A stretch of 61,966 bases of DNA, the filler included, from Nemertoderma westbladi (taxonomy: Eukaryota; Animalia; Xenacoelomorpha): NCBI GenBank assembly GCA_032718475.1. It is 4 parts of 4 records of this genome, joined end to end, with 100 filler letters (N's around TTAATTAATTAA, not from the genome) between each part and the next. Parts side by side here need not be neighbours in the genome. Positions count along the whole stretch, not along the records: positions 47,408 to 61,966 come from JAUCBJ010008202.1; 3 more parts are not named here. One strand, 5' to 3'. The position numbers were made by a program, and so were the translations under genes. Shown piece by piece: positions 59,421-61,966 of the stretch. The notes beneath the pieces were generated by a model. That model was not told where the DNA came from, ran no database searches, and saw nothing but the letters and a program-made list of their open reading frames with translations. Within the stretch, counting starts at the first letter, position 1; every line of letters begins with the position of its first letter.

Positions 59421-61966
59421 AAATAAGAATTCATTTTCTGCGAATGATAAAATTAATGGCAAAAAAAATATTTTTTTTTCATTTACAGTAGTTTATACTG
59501 CGAGCGCGAAATAAAATTAACCAATTAGAAGACCTTACTAGGCTATCTAGATAGCTCCTGACCTATCTAGCAAATTCGAGTATGTACTATGTAGTGCTAA
59601 CTACTTACACCAAGTGCTTACTAGGTTAGTTACTTTACTTGCAACCACTTTTCAAGTATGTACTAGAAAGGGTAGTTTCAACTAAGAAGTGTGTACTTGA
59701 AATGTTTTATTGTAACTGAAAAATAATACTACCTAGTTAACACTAGGCTATCTAGTCTAAGATTTCTAGTTTTACACCTAGTTACTTTTCTTGCAATCGT
59801 GCCATAGTAATCACAGAGCTGGTGAATTCTGTAAATTCTGTTATACCTATAAAGAGATTTTCAAGCCTTACTACGCTCATTCATGTGACAGCATATGTTC
59901 ACGGTTCACCGTTTTATTGCCAATGTAAAGTGTCAAGTTGCTGCAGACCGCTTAACTGGTGTACTAAGGGGCTACGAACTTGATAAAGCTGTCTGATATC
60001 TTATTAAATGTGAACAGCACCACTACTTTTTAAGTGAAGTTTAGATACTAACAAGTAAACCTTCTACACCTTTGCCATCCTCTTCTCCTTTATGGTGATT
60101 TCATCCCACATTAGAAAATGGGTTAGTTGTACTTGTCCCTCGTACCCGTGAAGGAAATAACCTCCCTTTCCTGCCTACTAAAAGCTATTTGACGTATCTT
60201 ATAGTGCTGTTTGCCTCTTCTGTGTTATGATTCCATACTTGCACAAGTCAGGGTACATTATTGGATCTCTAAGGGGAGGTCCTTAGTTCGTAAGCTTGTG
60301 TACAACTGTGCCCAATGTAAACGATTCCGCGCAATATCTTATCAGAGCCCTGAATCAGCTCTTCAAGGTTTCCGTATCCAGCCAGTTGTTCTATTCCGGC
60401 ATACAGGAGTTGATATATTTGGTCGTTTATTTTTGAAAGACAAGTCAAAAGTCTGGGTTATATTATTTACATGTGCCTGTATACGGGCCATTCATTTGGA
60501 GGTCATCACACACCTTCACGCTGCTACGGATCACCTTGCCTTCTGGAGGTTTTTAGCACGTCTTATTCGACCATTCATGAGTATAGAGTTTCATTCTGAC
60601 AATGCATCAACATTCATTAAACTATCTACTCTATGCTTTCCCTCCAACGAAGTCACATTTTCATTTATTCCTGCTCATGCTCCAGAATGGGGTGGATTCT
60701 ATGAATGCCTCATCAAAACTGTAAAGTTTTCTATTAGAGCTACCCTCCATCGTGTCAATCTCAATCTTGACCAAGTCCAAGCTGTTCTATGTGAGATTGA
60801 AGCAGCTGTCAATCTTCGCCCATTAATGGCTGTGTCAATGGATCCTGAAGATATGGATCCAATTACTCCCGCACATTTCCTGTATGGGCAACTTCCTCCT
60901 CCAGAAACAGATCCTGCTGCTATCACCGATGTCAACCTTTGTAAATCTCTACTTCATCGTGATCGGGCTGGTCATGAATTCTGGAACTTATTCTTCCGAA
61001 ATTACCAGGACACATTAAAGACTTGGTGTACCACTGGCACAAGTGGTCTGGCACCTGCGGTTGGTGACATGGTTATGGTTAAGCCAGATACGCCTCATAC
61101 TCCACGTTGTAAATGGCCCTTGGCGCATATTGTTGAACTATTTCCGGGAAAGGATGGTGAGGTAATGTCAGCCTCTATCAAGCTTCGTGGTCGTCTTACT
61201 ACAGAAAATATTAACAAACTGTATCCACTCGAATGTGAATCTGATGCCACTGCTGACCGTGGGGGTGTTCCGGTTCGCCCTTCTGTTGCTTATAGATGAG
61301 AGCTACCTCAGGTTGAACCTTCGACAACTGTTGAGACAACTTCAGTGGATTCTAATACACGTGATGTCACCAATAACGCTGCCAAACTTCGGTGGATTCT
61401 AGTACACATGATGTCACCAATAACGCTGCCATACCTATTTGTACTACCACCTCTGGTCAACGAGTCAAACCACCTTCTTATTTCGGTTATTGCAACGCCT
61501 AGCCATAACTGCTGCAATGTGGGGGTGTGCCGTCTCCATCCCCAACCAGGGGACCTACAAGGGGCAGGGCCTTGTTATTATGGACTCAAAGTTTATATGT
61601 ATAACTGTGCCTACCGGTACAGTACCTAGGTTTATATATATTGGACTGACTGCATTATGTCTGTTAGTTTATGTTAGTGTTAGTACTGATTTAACTACCG
61701 CCTGCTGCCTGCTGTTATACAGTCTTGTTCACAATTAAAATCCATTCTTCAATCTCCATCAATCTCAGTCAATCTAGTCCCATAGAAAAATAATAGTTAA
61801 ATTGATGAAATTGAACATACTTTCAACTTCTTCAATCCATACTTTATGTCCAGATTGATCATATTTAACAGATTGAAAATGTAGAGCCCAAGTATCCCTC
61901 TGTGCAGAAATGCCATGGTTTAGTAGGGCAGGCTTATCCATACTTAAAGGAATAAAGAGCAGGGCG

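Larger units (their letters stand above)
57118..59803. mobile_element. PIF/Harbinger DNA transposon, 2.7 kb, decayed two-gene structure
   Basis: TIR ggcccggttgcaagaaa / tttcttgcaatcgtgcc; 3-bp TSD ata; convergent Myb/SANT and DDE genes. Confidence 0.9.
56480..61299 (+). mobile_element. BEL/Pao LTR retrotransposon pol remnant (RNase H, integrase, C-terminal domain), interrupted by Harbinger
   Basis: LHVFCDAS, VAPLK...IPHLEL, WSDST, FVTNR, NPADIPSRG; RFSSL...VTAYV; TGVDIFG, IRAIHLE, SDNASTF, APEWGGFYE, VNLRPL, ITPAHFL. Confidence 0.92.

Noticed and set aside
61256-61966. 3' LTR of the BEL element
   Set aside because: Possible G-rich tract followed by TG at ~61261-61270 or ~61519, but no second LTR in the window to confirm boundaries.

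Overview
AT-rich animal (invertebrate-like) genomic scaffold with spliceosomal introns. Three artificial 100-bp joins (N44-TTAATTAATTAA-N44) sit at 10072-10171, 30016-30115 and 47308-47407, so adjacency across them is unproven. Two conserved host genes lie on the + strand: SF3A1 (2 coding exons, 14103-20532, ~825 aa) and a 5'-incomplete synaptojanin (4 visible exons, 30450-38244) whose tail carries a ~30-copy FPSNPPST-type coding repeat. The rest is mostly transposons and tandem repeats. Transposons: a THAP/P-like fragment, an RTE LINE with a 122-bp target-site duplication plus shorter copies, two Penelope-like elements, a broken HECT-domain ORF next to a palindromic 22-bp array, hAT and Tc1-type MITE/foldback elements, Gypsy and CR1/L2 remnants, and a BEL/Pao element interrupted by a PIF/Harbinger transposon. 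Satellites have ~170, 14-15, 51, 45 and 26-bp units. Best leads not shown by the ORF track: (1) a minus-strand terminal exon (9733-9418) encoding a 7-Cys hydrophobic peptide followed by an RMRR furin-type site, a candidate toxin/antimicrobial precursor; (2) a minimal type I hammerhead ribozyme (7907-7949) downstream of the first Penelope-like ORF; (3) a signal-peptide-like leader ending in a DIETNPGP 2A/StopGo motif in front of the CR1-like ORF2; (4) two spliced orphan exons at 47438-47816. All calls are by eye; no searches were run.
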